A stretch of 64,000 nt of DNA from Granulicella sp. (GTDB lineage Bacteria > Acidobacteriota > Terriglobia > Terriglobales > Acidobacteriaceae). The notes beneath the pieces were generated by a model. It ran no database searches and was not told the DNA's origin. It saw only the letters and a program-made list of their open reading frames with translations. The position numbers and the translations under genes are program-made. Below, in pieces: positions 7,120 through 16,994 of this stretch (its first letter is position 1; every line of letters starts with the position of its first letter). Location: contig DAIDGQ010000023.1 of the NCBI GenBank assembly GCA_027452215.1, forward strand, positions 780-64,779. Direction: 5' to 3'.

Positions 7120-10017
7120 TTATTGTACGGTGATGGTTTCGGCGGCGCTGACGGAGCCTCCGGTGCTGGGGTATCCGACGAGGACGATGTAGTGGGTGCC
7201 GCGGGGCAGCGTGAGGGGCTGGTGGATGGTGAGCGAGGGCGTGGCCTGGGTGTTGTTGATGAGGGCCTGGGCGACGTTATCGACGTAGATGCGAATGGCC
7301 GCGAGGGAGCCGGAGGCGGCGGTGGCACCGGCGAAGATGGTGACCGGGGAGGAGACCGTGGCGTTGCTGCCGGGGGAGCAGAAGATGGCTCCGGGGGAGC
7401 TGGGGAGACAGGTGGTGGAGGTCCCGGCGACGGTGAAGTTTTCGCTGGCAAGGACTGCTCCTCCGTTGCTCTGATAGCCGACGATGACGAGGCTGTGGGT
7501 TCCGGGAGCGGCGGTGACGGGCTGACTGATGACGAAGGAGCGAGAGGCGGAGGGGTTGTTGACGGTGAGGGCGGCTACGTTGTCGATGTAGGCGCGGATG
7601 GCGGCGAGGTTGCCGCTGCTGGCGGTGGCCGCGGCGGTGAGGGTGAGGGGTGAGGTGGCGGACGCGGCCGGCGAGGGAGAGCAGATGACGGCTCCGGCGG
7701 AGGCGGGCATGCAGAGGGGCGTGGTCGCGGAGGGAGCGGAGACGGTGAAGTTTTCGCTGGCGAGGACGGTTCCTCCGGTGGTCGTGTAGCCGACGACGAC
7801 GAGGTAGTGGGCTCCGGTCGTGGCGGGGAGGGCCTGGCTGAACTGGAAGGATTTGGTGACGGAGGGATTGTTTACGGTGAGGGCGGCGACGTTGTCGATG
7901 TAGACGCGGAGAGCTGCGAGATAGCCGCTGGAGGCTGTGGCTCCGGCGGTGATGGTGACGGGAGAGCTGGACGTGGCCTGTGGGGTGGGAGCGCAGATGA
8001 GAGCTCCGGGCGTGGAGGGGATGCAGCCTCCGGGAGACGTCACGGTGACGGTGGTGGAGTTGGAGACCTTGGTTGTCGCTCGGATGGCGGTGGCGGTGTA
8101 GGTGGTGGTGACGGTGGGGGAGACGGTCTGTGCGCCTCCGGCGGGGGGAAGGGTGTAGGTGGAGCCGTCGGAGCCGGTGAGGGTGAGCTGGGTGGTAGCG
8201 GTGGCGGTGACGTTGAGGCTGGAGGAAGAGCCGGAGGGGATGGTCGCGGGAGTCGCGTTGATGTTGACGGTGGGATAGGCGGTGAGTTGTCCGTAGGCTG
8301 TGACGGCGTTGACTCCGGCGACGTAGACGTGGCCGTTGGCGACGACGGGAGCGGAGAACTTGATGGCGACGGCGGCGGCGTCGCGGTTGTTGGGCGCCTG
8401 GGAGCTGTTGTAGAACTCGCTCTGGAGATTGGCGGGATCGTAGGCGTGGAGGATGGCGGGGCCGTTCTCGCGGGCGCTGGTGTCGAGTGCCCAGAGGATG
8501 GCGTTGGAGGTGCCGTTGGCGGAGATGACGGGAGTGGAGCCTGCTCCTCCGCAGTCGGAACAACCGAAGTTGATGGCGGTGGAGGTGGTGGGGGCGGAGG
8601 GGAACTGCTCGGTGACGGGATTGAGAGGCCAGGCGGTGAGGGGGCCACCTTCGCCGGCGAGATAGAGGGTGTTGTTGAAGAAAGTCATGCTAGTGCGGAG
8701 GGTGTTGCCGATGGAGAAGGTCTGGACGGAGGTGTTGTTGGTGGGGGTGTAGCCTCCGAGGTTGTCGCGGTTGAGGAGGTAGAGGGTTCCGGATTTGTCG
8801 GCGGTGAGGGTGAGGTGGGGGATGGGGCCGGACTGGGTGGGAAGGATGAGGCTGGAGCTGATGCCCATGTCGGTGTCGTCGGCGTCGAGGACGCTCTGAT
8901 CGGCGGGGGTGAAGTAGCTGGAGGGAGCGAGGGTGGAGCCGGTGAGGGAGAGAGAGAGGGCGCTGTCGCCGTAGTCGGAGCCACCGGAGTTGGCGTCGAA
9001 GGTGCCGTTGCCGGCGGCGAGGAAGATGTTGCCGGCGTCGTCGGAGGAGAGAGCGCCTCCGGCGAGCCAGATTCCACCCTGGGAGCCGTTGGGGCTGTCG
9101 GACCAGACTCCGGTTTGCTGGGCGATGTTGGAGGCGTCGTAGCTGATGACCCAGCCGTGGTAGTTGCCGAGGTCTCCGTGGGATGCCCAGGAGATGAAGA
9201 CGGAGGAGTGCGAGGGACCGTGGGGAGTGGCGGCGAGGAGCAGGCCGGCGCGCTGGTTGTTGAGGAGAGGATTGAAGGAGATGGTGGTTCCTCCATCCCC
9301 GGTGCCGGGAACGGAGGCCTGGATGAGGGTGGGGCCATTGAGCTTCTCGGAGCCGTCGAGGAGGCTGAGGGCGTGGAGGCGCTGGAAGAACTGCGGGGTT
9401 CCGGACTGGGACTTGGACTTGGCGACGACGTAGAGAGTGAGGGTGGAGGGATCGATGACGGGAGTTCCGGTGATGCCGATGTCGGGGTAGATGTCGCCGA
9501 CGTTGACGTCCTGATAGGAGACCCAGGTCTCGTTGGCTCCGAGGAGGGAGACGCGCCAGAGGTAGCCTTGAGCGGGGTTGTTGCCGTCGGCGTCGAAGGC
9601 GTAGACGTAGTCCTGCTCGGTGGCGACGAAGAGGACGTTGTGGACGGTGTTGTCGGGCAGGGTGAGGGCGGCGACGTAGAGAGGCTGCGCGTAGACGTGT
9701 CCGGCGACGGGAAGGCTGAAGAGCTTGCCGAAGGAGGAGGCGCTGACGTTTGAGGGAGTGAGGACGGTCTCCTGGCTTTGGATGCCGATGCGCGCGTTGG
9801 TGTATTGCTGCGTCGTTACGCTCTGGCTGAGGGCTGCGAGGGGCAGGAGGAACAGCAGCAGGAGGACGAGGCTGGGAGGGGGGAATGGGGTCCGAGGTGA
9901 TCGGTGGGATGCTGCGCTTTGAGAGCTGGAGAGTGAGGTAAGGGGCCCTGGGCACGCGTCGCGATTAGACGCAGTAAGTACTGCAGTGGGTGGAACCAGT
10001 AATGGGAGGATAGTCAT
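7120..10017 (-). CDS. Secreted PQQ-like beta-propeller protein with C-terminal Ig-like repeats
   Basis: Pattern ETVLTPSNV...FGKLFS.PV.G.VYAQPLYV, GITGTPVID, QRAGLLL, KFSAPVVANGHVYV. Three ~100-aa repeats (C.P...GA.IC.P...SP.T..A.ATA.SG.LAA.R.Y.DNV). Start uncertain. Confidence 0.8.
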   Translation of the reverse strand: MTILPLLVPPTAVLTASNRDACPGPLTSLSSSQSAASHRSPRTPFPPPSLVLLLLFLLPLAALSQSVTTQQYTNARIGIQSQETVLTPSNVSASSFGKLFSLPVAGHVYAQPLYVAALTLPDNTVHNVLFVATEQDYVYAFDADGNNPAQGYLWRVSLLGANETWVSYQDVNVGDIYPDIGITGTPVIDPSTLTLYVVAKSKSQSGTPQFFQRLHALSLLDGSEKLNGPTLIQASVPGTGDGGTTISFNPLLNNQRAGLLLAATPHGPSHSSVFISWASHGDLGNYHGWVISYDASNIAQQTGVWSDSPNGSQGGIWLAGGALSSDDAGNIFLAAGNGTFDANSGGSDYGDSALSLSLTGSTLAPSSYFTPADQSVLDADDTDMGISSSLILPTQSGPIPHLTLTADKSGTLYLLNRDNLGGYTPTNNTSVQTFSIGNTLRTSMTFFNNTLYLAGEGGPLTAWPLNPVTEQFPSAPTTSTAINFGCSDCGGAGSTPVISANGTSNAILWALDTSARENGPAILHAYDPANLQSEFYNSSQAPNNRDAAAVAIKFSAPVVANGHVYVAGVNAVTAYGQLTAYPTVNINATPATIPSGSSSSLNVTATATTQLTLTGSDGSTYTLPPAGGAQTVSPTVTTTYTATAIRATTKVSNSTTVTVTSPGGCIPSTPGALICAPTPQATSSSPVTITAGATASSGYLAALRVYIDNVAALTVNNPSVTKSFQFSQALPATTGAHYLVVVGYTTTGGTVLASENFTVSAPSATTPLCMPASAGAVICSPSPAASATSPLTLTAAATASSGNLAAIRAYIDNVAALTVNNPSASRSFVISQPVTAAPGTHSLVIVGYQSNGGAVLASENFTVAGTSTTCLPSSPGAIFCSPGSNATVSSPVTIFAGATAASGSLAAIRIYVDNVAQALINNTQATPSLTIHQPLTLPRGTHYIVLVGYPSTGGSVSAAETITVQ

Positions 10018-10311
10018 AGCCTTCGACAAAGTGAAACATTCCAAAACAGATGGGAGAGGCTATTCTTGGGCCTTATCCGAGCTGTGTCAATGGATGTTTT
10101 GGAGTGGTTCGAAAAATAAATTGAAGGCTAGAACGTTGGTAACGCACGAGTTGCATTTAATCGGAACTATAGTTTGGGAAAGTAACCTGATTTGTGGTTG
10201 TGGGTGGGTTGAAGGCGGTTTGGGCGTTCCGTCGGCGGGGAGACGACGGTACGCAGGGGTGTACATCAGGCCGCATGGGAGCGGTCGAGATTGTAGCGCC
10301 TGGTCAGGTGT

Positions 10312-10986
10312 TTAGAGGGAGGCGAGGACGTCGCGGGGGTCGGGGCGGACGCGGTGGTCGGCGTGGGCTTCGGCGAAGAGGATGCGGCCGGAGACGTGGC
10401 CGGCGGCGTCGCGAGTGGGCTGGAGGACGAAGGTGGCGGGGAGGGGGAGGCGCCAGGTGTCGTCGCCGTTGATGTAGGGGATGTTGACGAGGATGGAGCG
10501 GTAGTGGAGGCGGAGGGGTTCGGGGACGGTGTAGGTGATGCCGAAGGCGTCGGCGAGATGGGAGCCGGCGTCGGAGAGGACGGGGAAGGTGAGGTCGTGG
10601 TGCTGGACGGTGAAGTCGTTCTGGCGAGGGAGCTGGGGGGAGATGGCGACGAGGAGGGCGCCGCGGTCGCGGACGGCGGGGAAGGCGGATTGCCAGGCCT
10701 CGAGCTCGGTCATGCAGTAGGGACACCAGCGGCCGCGGAAGAAGTTGATGATGAGGGGGCCGACGCCGAGGAGATCGGAGGAGCGGATGAGTTTGCCGCT
10801 GATGGAGTCGGGGAGCGAGAAGGCGGGGGCCGGGGATCCGATGGGGAGGATGCGGTCTTCGATGCCGGTGGAGAAGAGCTGGTGGACGGCGTTGTCGGTG
10901 ATGGCGAGGCGGTCGGGCTGGACGAGGGCGCGAGTCTGGGTGGTGATGTTGTCGAGCCTGGCCTGGAGATCGGTGGAGTGCGGCAT
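10312..10986 (-). CDS. Peroxiredoxin-like AhpC/TSA family protein
   Basis: FFRGRWCPYC, LVAISPQ, LPLPATFV. Start MPHST is preceded by TACACT 7 nt upstream. Confidence 0.9.
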   Translation of the reverse strand: MPHSTDLQARLDNITTQTRALVQPDRLAITDNAVHQLFSTGIEDRILPIGSPAPAFSLPDSISGKLIRSSDLLGVGPLIINFFRGRWCPYCMTELEAWQSAFPAVRDRGALLVAISPQLPRQNDFTVQHHDLTFPVLSDAGSHLADAFGITYTVPEPLRLHYRSILVNIPYINGDDTWRLPLPATFVLQPTRDAAGHVSGRILFAEAHADHRVRPDPRDVLASL

Positions 10987-11215
10987 CCTAACCAGTGTAG
11001 AACCGGGGCGAGGTTTGGTTGGGCGGGATGGAGGATTTGTTGTGCGATCAATGGTGCGGCGCATTTAAGAGAAGAAGCCGGTGTGGACGGAGGACGGGCT
11101 GCATCCTAAGGAAGGGTACGGCCTGGATTGTGGACATGAAGTGTGTCGGGATCGACGAGCATACGGGCAACGATAGAATGGCAAAGTCAGATTCGAAGAG
11201 GCATCAAGGAGCAAC

Positions 11216-12010
11216 GTGAAGAGATTACTAGGGTTGGTGGTGAGTGTTGGAGTGGGGCTGGCAGGCTGCGGACCGATGGTGGCGCAGACGGGCGGCGGGG
11301 AGGCGGCACTGCCGAATGCTCCGACGCCAGAGGTGGCGACGAATGAAGATGTGACGGTGCGCGGGCTGCCGATGGCGGTGCTGCATGACCAGAAGGGAAT
11401 ATGGACGAGCCCGGCGCGGATTCGGACGAAGGATCTGATCTGGCTGGCTCCTCTGGCGGCGGGAGTGGGGGTGGGACTGGCGACGGACCACCATACGATG
11501 AGCACGGTGGTGTCGCAGGATCCGGGATTTAATAGCGCGAATGTGAATGTGTCGAACTCGCTGATTGGCGGGTTCATTGCGACTCCGGTGGTGATGTTTG
11601 GGGTGGGACATTTTGAGCACAACGAGAAGGCCAGGGAGACGGGGCTGCTGGGAGCAGAGGCTCTGGTGGATGGGGTGGCGGTGGAGCAGGGATTGAAGCT
11701 TGTGTTCTGGAGAGAGCGGCCGGCGCTGGATCATTCGCGAGGATTGTTCTGGCAGAGCGCGGCGGGATGGGACTCGTCGTTCCCGTCGTCGCATGCGACG
11801 CTGGCGTGGTCGGAGGCGGCTGTGATTGCGGAGGAGTACCGGTCGCCGTGGGTGCGGGCGGGCGTGTATACGCTGGCGACGGGAGTGAGCTTGACCCGGG
11901 TGCTGGGGCAGGAACATTTTCCGACGGATGTGCTGGTGGGAAGCGCGGCGGGATGGCTGGTGGGGCACTATGTGGCGAAGAGACATCATCGGCATGAGAT
12001 GGGGAGATAG
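11216..12010 (+). CDS. PAP2 family phosphatase
   Basis: K....RERP, SFPSSH, R....HFPTDV motifs; RBS AAGGAG. Confidence 0.9.
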   Translation: MKRLLGLVVSVGVGLAGCGPMVAQTGGGEAALPNAPTPEVATNEDVTVRGLPMAVLHDQKGIWTSPARIRTKDLIWLAPLAAGVGVGLATDHHTMSTVVSQDPGFNSANVNVSNSLIGGFIATPVVMFGVGHFEHNEKARETGLLGAEALVDGVAVEQGLKLVFWRERPALDHSRGLFWQSAAGWDSSFPSSHATLAWSEAAVIAEEYRSPWVRAGVYTLATGVSLTRVLGQEHFPTDVLVGSAAGWLVGHYVAKRHHRHEMGR

Positions 12011-12031
12011 ATTCGCAGCTAGAATGGCGGG

Positions 12032-13564
12032 ATGACTAGACGAGAGTGGACGCGGAGAGAGTTTGTGGCGGGGGCTTCGGCTGCGGCAATGGCTGTGGGC
12101 GGGCGCGGAGTGTGGGCGCAGAGTGCGGCGGTGGTGAATGCGGGGCTGGTGCGGACTCCGCTGGGTGCGCTGCGGGGTGAGGTGATTGAGGGAGTGAGGG
12201 TGTTCCGGGGTGTGCCGTTCGCGGAGGCTCCGGTGGGGAAGCTGCGGTTTCGGCCTCCTGTGAAGGTGAAGGCGTGGGGGGCGGAACGCAATGCGACGAC
12301 GTTTGCGAAGGCCGCGATGCAGGATGGGGATAAGGAGTTTGCGCAGAGCGAAGATTGTTTGTATCTGAATGTGTGGACTCCGGAGAATGCGGTGGGGCTG
12401 CCGGTGTTTGTGTGGATCCATGGAGGAGGGTTTACGGGGGGCGAGTCGTTTGCTCCGCTGTTCGATGGGACGGAGTTTGCGAAGGCCGGCGTGATTGTGG
12501 TGACGGTGGCTTATCGGCTGGGGGTGCTGGGATTTATGGATATGGGGCCGCTGCTGGGGGCGGAGTATGCGGGGTCAGGGAACAATGCGCTGCGGGATCT
12601 GATCTGCTCGCTGGAGTGGGTGCAGGAGAATATTTCGGCGTTTGGAGGGGATGCGAAACGGGTGACGGTGGGCGGTGAGTCGGCGGGGGCGAAGCTGACG
12701 GATATTTTGATGGGCGTGCCGGAGGCGCAGGGGTTGTTTGCGCAGATGATTTCGGAGAGCGGCGGGGCGGAGAGGGTGCTGCGTAAGGCGAGTGCGGAGG
12801 CTGTGGCGAAGGGGTTTGGGGAGGTGTGGGGTAAGGATGTGGCGGGGTTGAAGACGGCGTCGGCGGAGGAGTTGATTGCGGCGCAGGTGAAGTTTGTGGA
12901 GGGGTGGCCGCTGCATTTTCCGCTGAGGCCGGAGGTGGATGGAGGGATGCTGCGGAGGTTGCCGGTGGAGGCGATTGCGGCGGGGTCGGCGCGGGGGACG
13001 AGGCTGCTGATTGGGACGAATCGTGAGGAGAGTGCGATGTTTATTGGGCCGCACCCGGTGCATGATGCTACGGCGGAGGAGCTGGGGAATGTGTCGCTGG
13101 AGAGATTCGATGCGGTGTATGCGAGGTATAAGGCGCTGTATCCGGGGATGAGTGAGGAGTGGTTGCGGATACGGGCGGTGACGGCGGAGGAGTATTGGGT
13201 GCCGTCGGTGCGGGTGGCCGAGGCGCAGGTGAAGGGTGGAGGGAAGGCGTGGATGTACCGGCTGGATTTTGCTCCGACGAGCGGGCGGTACAAGGGGGAT
13301 GCTCATCACGGAGAGGATTTGGGGCTGGTGTGGGATAAGCCGAATTTGAAGATCGCGAATGCTGCGGAGGAGGCGGCGCTGGCGAGGCCGGTGCATGCGG
13401 CGTGGGTGGCGTTTATCAAGGGAGAGGCTCCGGGGGCGGAGGGGCTGCCGGTGTGGCCGGAGTACTCGTTGGAGCGCAGGGAGACGATGGTGCTGGATGT
13501 GGTGAGTAAGGTGGAGGTGCGGCCGATGGAGGCGGAGCTGCGGTTGTGGGATGGTGTGATTTAG
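12032..13564 (+). CDS. Type-B carboxylesterase, Tat-exported
   Basis: TRREFV Tat signal; SEDCLYLNVW, WIHGGGF, GESAG nucleophile motif. Confidence 0.95.
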   Translation: MTRREWTRREFVAGASAAAMAVGGRGVWAQSAAVVNAGLVRTPLGALRGEVIEGVRVFRGVPFAEAPVGKLRFRPPVKVKAWGAERNATTFAKAAMQDGDKEFAQSEDCLYLNVWTPENAVGLPVFVWIHGGGFTGGESFAPLFDGTEFAKAGVIVVTVAYRLGVLGFMDMGPLLGAEYAGSGNNALRDLICSLEWVQENISAFGGDAKRVTVGGESAGAKLTDILMGVPEAQGLFAQMISESGGAERVLRKASAEAVAKGFGEVWGKDVAGLKTASAEELIAAQVKFVEGWPLHFPLRPEVDGGMLRRLPVEAIAAGSARGTRLLIGTNREESAMFIGPHPVHDATAEELGNVSLERFDAVYARYKALYPGMSEEWLRIRAVTAEEYWVPSVRVAEAQVKGGGKAWMYRLDFAPTSGRYKGDAHHGEDLGLVWDKPNLKIANAAEEAALARPVHAAWVAFIKGEAPGAEGLPVWPEYSLERRETMVLDVVSKVEVRPMEAELRLWDGVI

Positions 13565-13578
13565 GGGCGTGGTGGGGG

Positions 13579-13875
13579 CTAATTGCGAGTTCGTCTGCCG
13601 TGGCGGATTTGGAGGATCACGATGAGCTTCGAGGCATCGTCGATGATGTAGAGGATCCGGTAGAAGTGGGGTTTGTTGCCGTAGACGAGTTGCCGGTGGG
13701 AAGGGGCTTCGGGGGTGACGGTTCCCATGCGCGGGGCGGATGTTAGCGAGCGGATGAGTTCTTCGAGTCGTTGAAACCAGCGTTCGGCACCGGCTGAATC
13801 CTGTGCGTGGATGTAGGCATAGAGGCTGTCGAGGTCGCGGGCGGCGCGTCTGGTGAAGCTAACGCGGTAAGGCAT
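13579..13875 (-). CDS. Type II toxin, RelE/ParE family
   Basis: Y.V.FT..A.RDL..L..YI, P.MG, YRILY.I, ILQIRHGRR; overlaps the antitoxin stop. Confidence 0.9.
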   Translation of the reverse strand: MPYRVSFTRRAARDLDSLYAYIHAQDSAGAERWFQRLEELIRSLTSAPRMGTVTPEAPSHRQLVYGNKPHFYRILYIIDDASKLIVILQIRHGRRTRN

Positions 13876-14149
13876 ATTTTTTGCGCAGTTCGGAGAAGAT
13901 TTTTTCGGCTGGGTAGGTGCGGCCAGCGGCGAGGTCTTCGAGGCCCTGGCGGAGGCCCTCGCGCTCGTCGGCTGCGGCGGCGATGTCGAGGAGGCGCTGG
14001 TAGGCGGCGGCGGATTGCACGACCGCCTCGGGCTTGCCGTTGACGGTGAGGATGATGGGGCGGCCGGTCTTCTTTAGCTGCTTGATGGATTTGACGGAGT
14101 TATTGCGGAAGGTGGTGAGGGGCTGGATGTCCTGGGTGATGTCGATCAT
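13859..14149 (-). CDS. Type II antitoxin, Phd/YefM family
   Basis: IQPLTTFR, PIILTVNGKPEAVV; RBS GGAGG; directly upstream of the toxin. Confidence 0.9.
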   Translation of the reverse strand: MIDITQDIQPLTTFRNNSVKSIKQLKKTGRPIILTVNGKPEAVVQSAAAYQRLLDIAAAADEREGLRQGLEDLAAGRTYPAEKIFSELRKKYALPR

Positions 14150-14219
14150 GGTCGGCCTCCGTGCAGGTAGTTTATCGTACCTTTTGAGGTATGGAGGGCG
14201 ATGGGGGAAAGCAATTTGG

Positions 14220-14495
14220 TCGTTGCGCCTGCGGCTTCACTCCGGCCTTCGGCAGAGCGGTAGGGCCGAAGGCCCGGTGGTTTTCCTGGGGCTGCGCCCC
14301 AGGCTGGTATATGTCGGGCCGCTGGCCCTGGGTGGGTGGGGGTTGGATTGAATTAGCAGCAGGTGAATCCCACCCGCGACCACGTGCTGTCTCGGAGGGG
14401 GTGCACGGCCTGACATCCTGCGAACCCACATCTCAGAGGCGAGATGTGGGGCACCCAGATTGGTGTTGAGTCAGATGTGGGCCACCCGCCCACCC
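14220..14495. repeat. Cluster of REP-like palindromic elements
   Basis: Hairpins GGGCC-GAA-GGCCC, CCTGGGGC..GCCCCAGG and CCCACATCTC..GAGATGTGGG followed by GCACCC; a partial second copy AGATGTGGGCCACCC. Confidence 0.65.
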
Positions 14496-14519
14496 GCCTG
14501 CTTGTCTTACACTGTGTGA

Positions 14520-15095
14520 ATGGATGCCATAACGAAAGTCGCGCTGGTTTGCGGAATTGGTCAGTTATTCGTCGGTGCCGCCTCAGTGGTCGCGATTTTT
14601 CGAGCCCCCATCGTAGCTCTAAATGCGCAAAAGAATCAGGAAGCGTCACAGGATAAGCAGAAGAGGCAACTTCAGCTCTTTCGTACTCTCATGACCTACC
14701 GCGCCACGCCGCTTGCGGTTCTCTTTGTGCAAGCATTGAACTCAATAGATCTTGAGTTCGATGCTAACAACGAACGTGACCGTGGGGTAAGAGAGGCGTG
14801 GACTGTCTTGTTGGACCATTTTACGAATGACAAGGAACAGCCAGACTTCGGGACCAAAAATCAAGAACTTATTATTAGATTACTTTCAAAGATGGGGTCT
14901 GCGCTCGGGTACAGTTTTGACGAAGTATACATACGCAGACATTCCTATTATCCAATCGCACATGGCTCAATTGAAGAGGAGCAGAACGAGCTACGCCGCC
15001 TGCTGCTCGAATTACTGAGAACAAATAGAAGACTCCCAGTCTCCGTGTTTGAAGAAAAGTTTCCTGACTTTCCTATCCACGCGAAGAAGGACTAG
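14520..15095 (+). CDS. Hypothetical protein with N-terminal TM helix (DUF6680-like)
   Basis: LFRTLMTYR, FVQALNSIDLEF, LGY.FD...I....Y.P..H pattern; visibly AT-richer than its neighbours. Confidence 0.7.
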   Translation: MDAITKVALVCGIGQLFVGAASVVAIFRAPIVALNAQKNQEASQDKQKRQLQLFRTLMTYRATPLAVLFVQALNSIDLEFDANNERDRGVREAWTVLLDHFTNDKEQPDFGTKNQELIIRLLSKMGSALGYSFDEVYIRRHSYYPIAHGSIEEEQNELRRLLLELLRTNRRLPVSVFEEKFPDFPIHAKKD

Positions 15096-15424
15096 CCAAG
15101 TCCGCAGTAGCGGGTTAGTTTCAGAATGATTCCAACTCCCTCGGGCTTTATGAGCGCGGCGTTTCCCTGCAAGATGTCTGCGCTCTGATATTTGAGGTCG
15201 GCTTGAATCGTGTAATCGCCTTTGATGTTAAGGATGCTTCCGATAGCTGGATTAAAATTATGCACGTCAATACGTGCGGTCAATCCACTCTCTGATTCGT
15301 TGTAATGCCCGGTATAGACATAGCCATTGTCCCCGCCGAGGACTCTTCCATTTACGAATACGACTGTCCCAGAATCATTCCCGGTAAGACCGACATATTG
15401 AACTATCCATAAGCCTTCGACCAT
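15092..15424 (-). CDS. Small beta-barrel protein, GrlR-like family
   Basis: MVEGLWIV.Y...G.VVF.NG.VLGGD.GY.Y.G.Y pattern; RBS GGAGA. Confidence 0.65.
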   Translation of the reverse strand: MVEGLWIVQYVGLTGNDSGTVVFVNGRVLGGDNGYVYTGHYNESESGLTARIDVHNFNPAIGSILNIKGDYTIQADLKYQSADILQGNAALIKPEGVGIILKLTRYCGLG

Positions 15425-15449
15425 GGGTTATCTCCCTGTCTTTACGAAA

Positions 15450-16835
15450 CTATCTCCCGAAGCGTTGGGTGTTGCCCATTTGGGACATTAGGCGTTGTTG
15501 CATTTTGTTGCCGCCAGAGCCCATGGTTTTGAACATTTTGCTCATTTGGGCGTGTTGCTTTAAGAGGTTGTTGACCTCCTGGACCGTGGTGCCGCTGCCC
15601 TGGGCGATGCGCTTGCGGCGGCTGCCGTTGATGATGGAGGAGTTGCGGCGCTCCTTGGCGGTCATGGAGTCGATGATGGTTTCTACTCGGGCGAATTGCT
15701 TTTCGTCGACGGAGCTGGCGGCCTGCTGCATGCCTGCGAAGGGGCCTACGGAGGGGAGCATCTTGAGGATCGATTGCATGCTGCCGAGCTTCTTGATCTG
15801 ACGGAGCTGGTCGCGGAAGTCTTCAAGGGAGAAGCCTTCGCCGGAGAGGGCTTTTTTGGCGAAGTCGGCGGCCTTGGATTTGTCGATTTTTTCGTCGGCG
15901 CGCTCTAGAAGCGTCGCAATATCTCCCATTCCCAAGATGCGGCCGACGATGCGGTCGGGGTGGAAGGCTTCGAAGGCGTCGGGCTTTTCGCCGGTGGCGA
16001 GGAACTTGATGGGCTGGCCGGTGATCTGGCGGATGGAGAGGGCGGCGCCGCCGCGGGAGTCGCCGTCCATTTTGGTGAGGATGGCGCCGGTGATGGCGAG
16101 TCTGTCGTTGAAGGCTTTGGCGGAGTTGACGGCGTCCTGGCCGGTCATGGCGTCGGCGACGAAGAGGATTTCGGTGGGGGAGAGGAGGGATTTGAGCTGG
16201 GCCATCTCGTCCATGAGGGCCTCGTCGATGCCGAGGCGGCCGGCGGTGTCGACGATGAGGACGTCGTTGGCGTAGTCGCGGGCTTCTTTGAAGGCGGCTT
16301 TGGCAAGGCGGAGGACGGCGGCGGTGTTGTTGTCGGTGGCGGGGTCGTACTTGCCTTCGTAGAGCTGGGCACCGACGGAGGCGGCGACGACTTTGAGTTG
16401 CTCGCGGGCGGCGGGACGGTAGACGTCGACGGAGACGAGCATGGGGCGGTGGCCACCCTTTTTGAGCCAGGCGGCGAGCTTGCCGGAGGTGGTGGTTTTG
16501 CCGGAGCCCTGGAGGCCGGCCATGAGGATGACGGAGGGAGGCTGGGAGGCGAATTTGAAGCGGGCGGTGTCGGTGCCGAGGGTGGTGATGAGCTCGTCGC
16601 GGACGATTTTGACGATCTGCTCGGCGGGAGAAAGGGAGGTGGCGACTTCGGAGCCGAGGGCTTTGGCGCGGATTTTTTCGATGAGGTCGCGGGTCACGTC
16701 GAGGTTGACGTCGGACTCGAGGAGGGCGACGCGGATCTCGCGGAGAGCTTCGGTGATGTTCTCGTCGGTGAGGGTGCCCTGGCCGCGGAGGGTCTTGAAG
16801 GAGCGCTGGAGTTTTTCGGAGAGGTTTTCAAACAT
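15450..16835 (-). CDS. ffh: Signal recognition particle protein Ffh
   Basis: MFENLS, GLQGSGKTT, DTAGR, TKMDGDSRGGAA, GRILGMGD; Met-rich M domain. Confidence 0.98.
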   Translation of the reverse strand: MFENLSEKLQRSFKTLRGQGTLTDENITEALREIRVALLESDVNLDVTRDLIEKIRAKALGSEVATSLSPAEQIVKIVRDELITTLGTDTARFKFASQPPSVILMAGLQGSGKTTTSGKLAAWLKKGGHRPMLVSVDVYRPAAREQLKVVAASVGAQLYEGKYDPATDNNTAAVLRLAKAAFKEARDYANDVLIVDTAGRLGIDEALMDEMAQLKSLLSPTEILFVADAMTGQDAVNSAKAFNDRLAITGAILTKMDGDSRGGAALSIRQITGQPIKFLATGEKPDAFEAFHPDRIVGRILGMGDIATLLERADEKIDKSKAADFAKKALSGEGFSLEDFRDQLRQIKKLGSMQSILKMLPSVGPFAGMQQAASSVDEKQFARVETIIDSMTAKERRNSSIINGSRRKRIAQGSGTTVQEVNNLLKQHAQMSKMFKTMGSGGNKMQQRLMSQMGNTQRFGR

Positions 16836-16994
16836 GGCTGGGTTAAGTTTAGCAGTGGTCCTGCGCGGACGGCGGGCGTGGGGGATGGGCGGCAGGCGCG
16901 GGGTGGGTGGTGAGTGGAGGTGGTGGCGAGGGGGATGCTGGCGAGGTGGATACGGGGGCTGGTGCTGCGGTGGGGGCGGCGAGAGAATCTAGGG

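Noticed and set aside
7120-10017. PQQ biosynthesis gene or proven quinoprotein dehydrogenase
   Set aside because: Only a PQQ-like propeller pattern is visible. There are no pqq genes and I could not identify dehydrogenase catalytic motifs.
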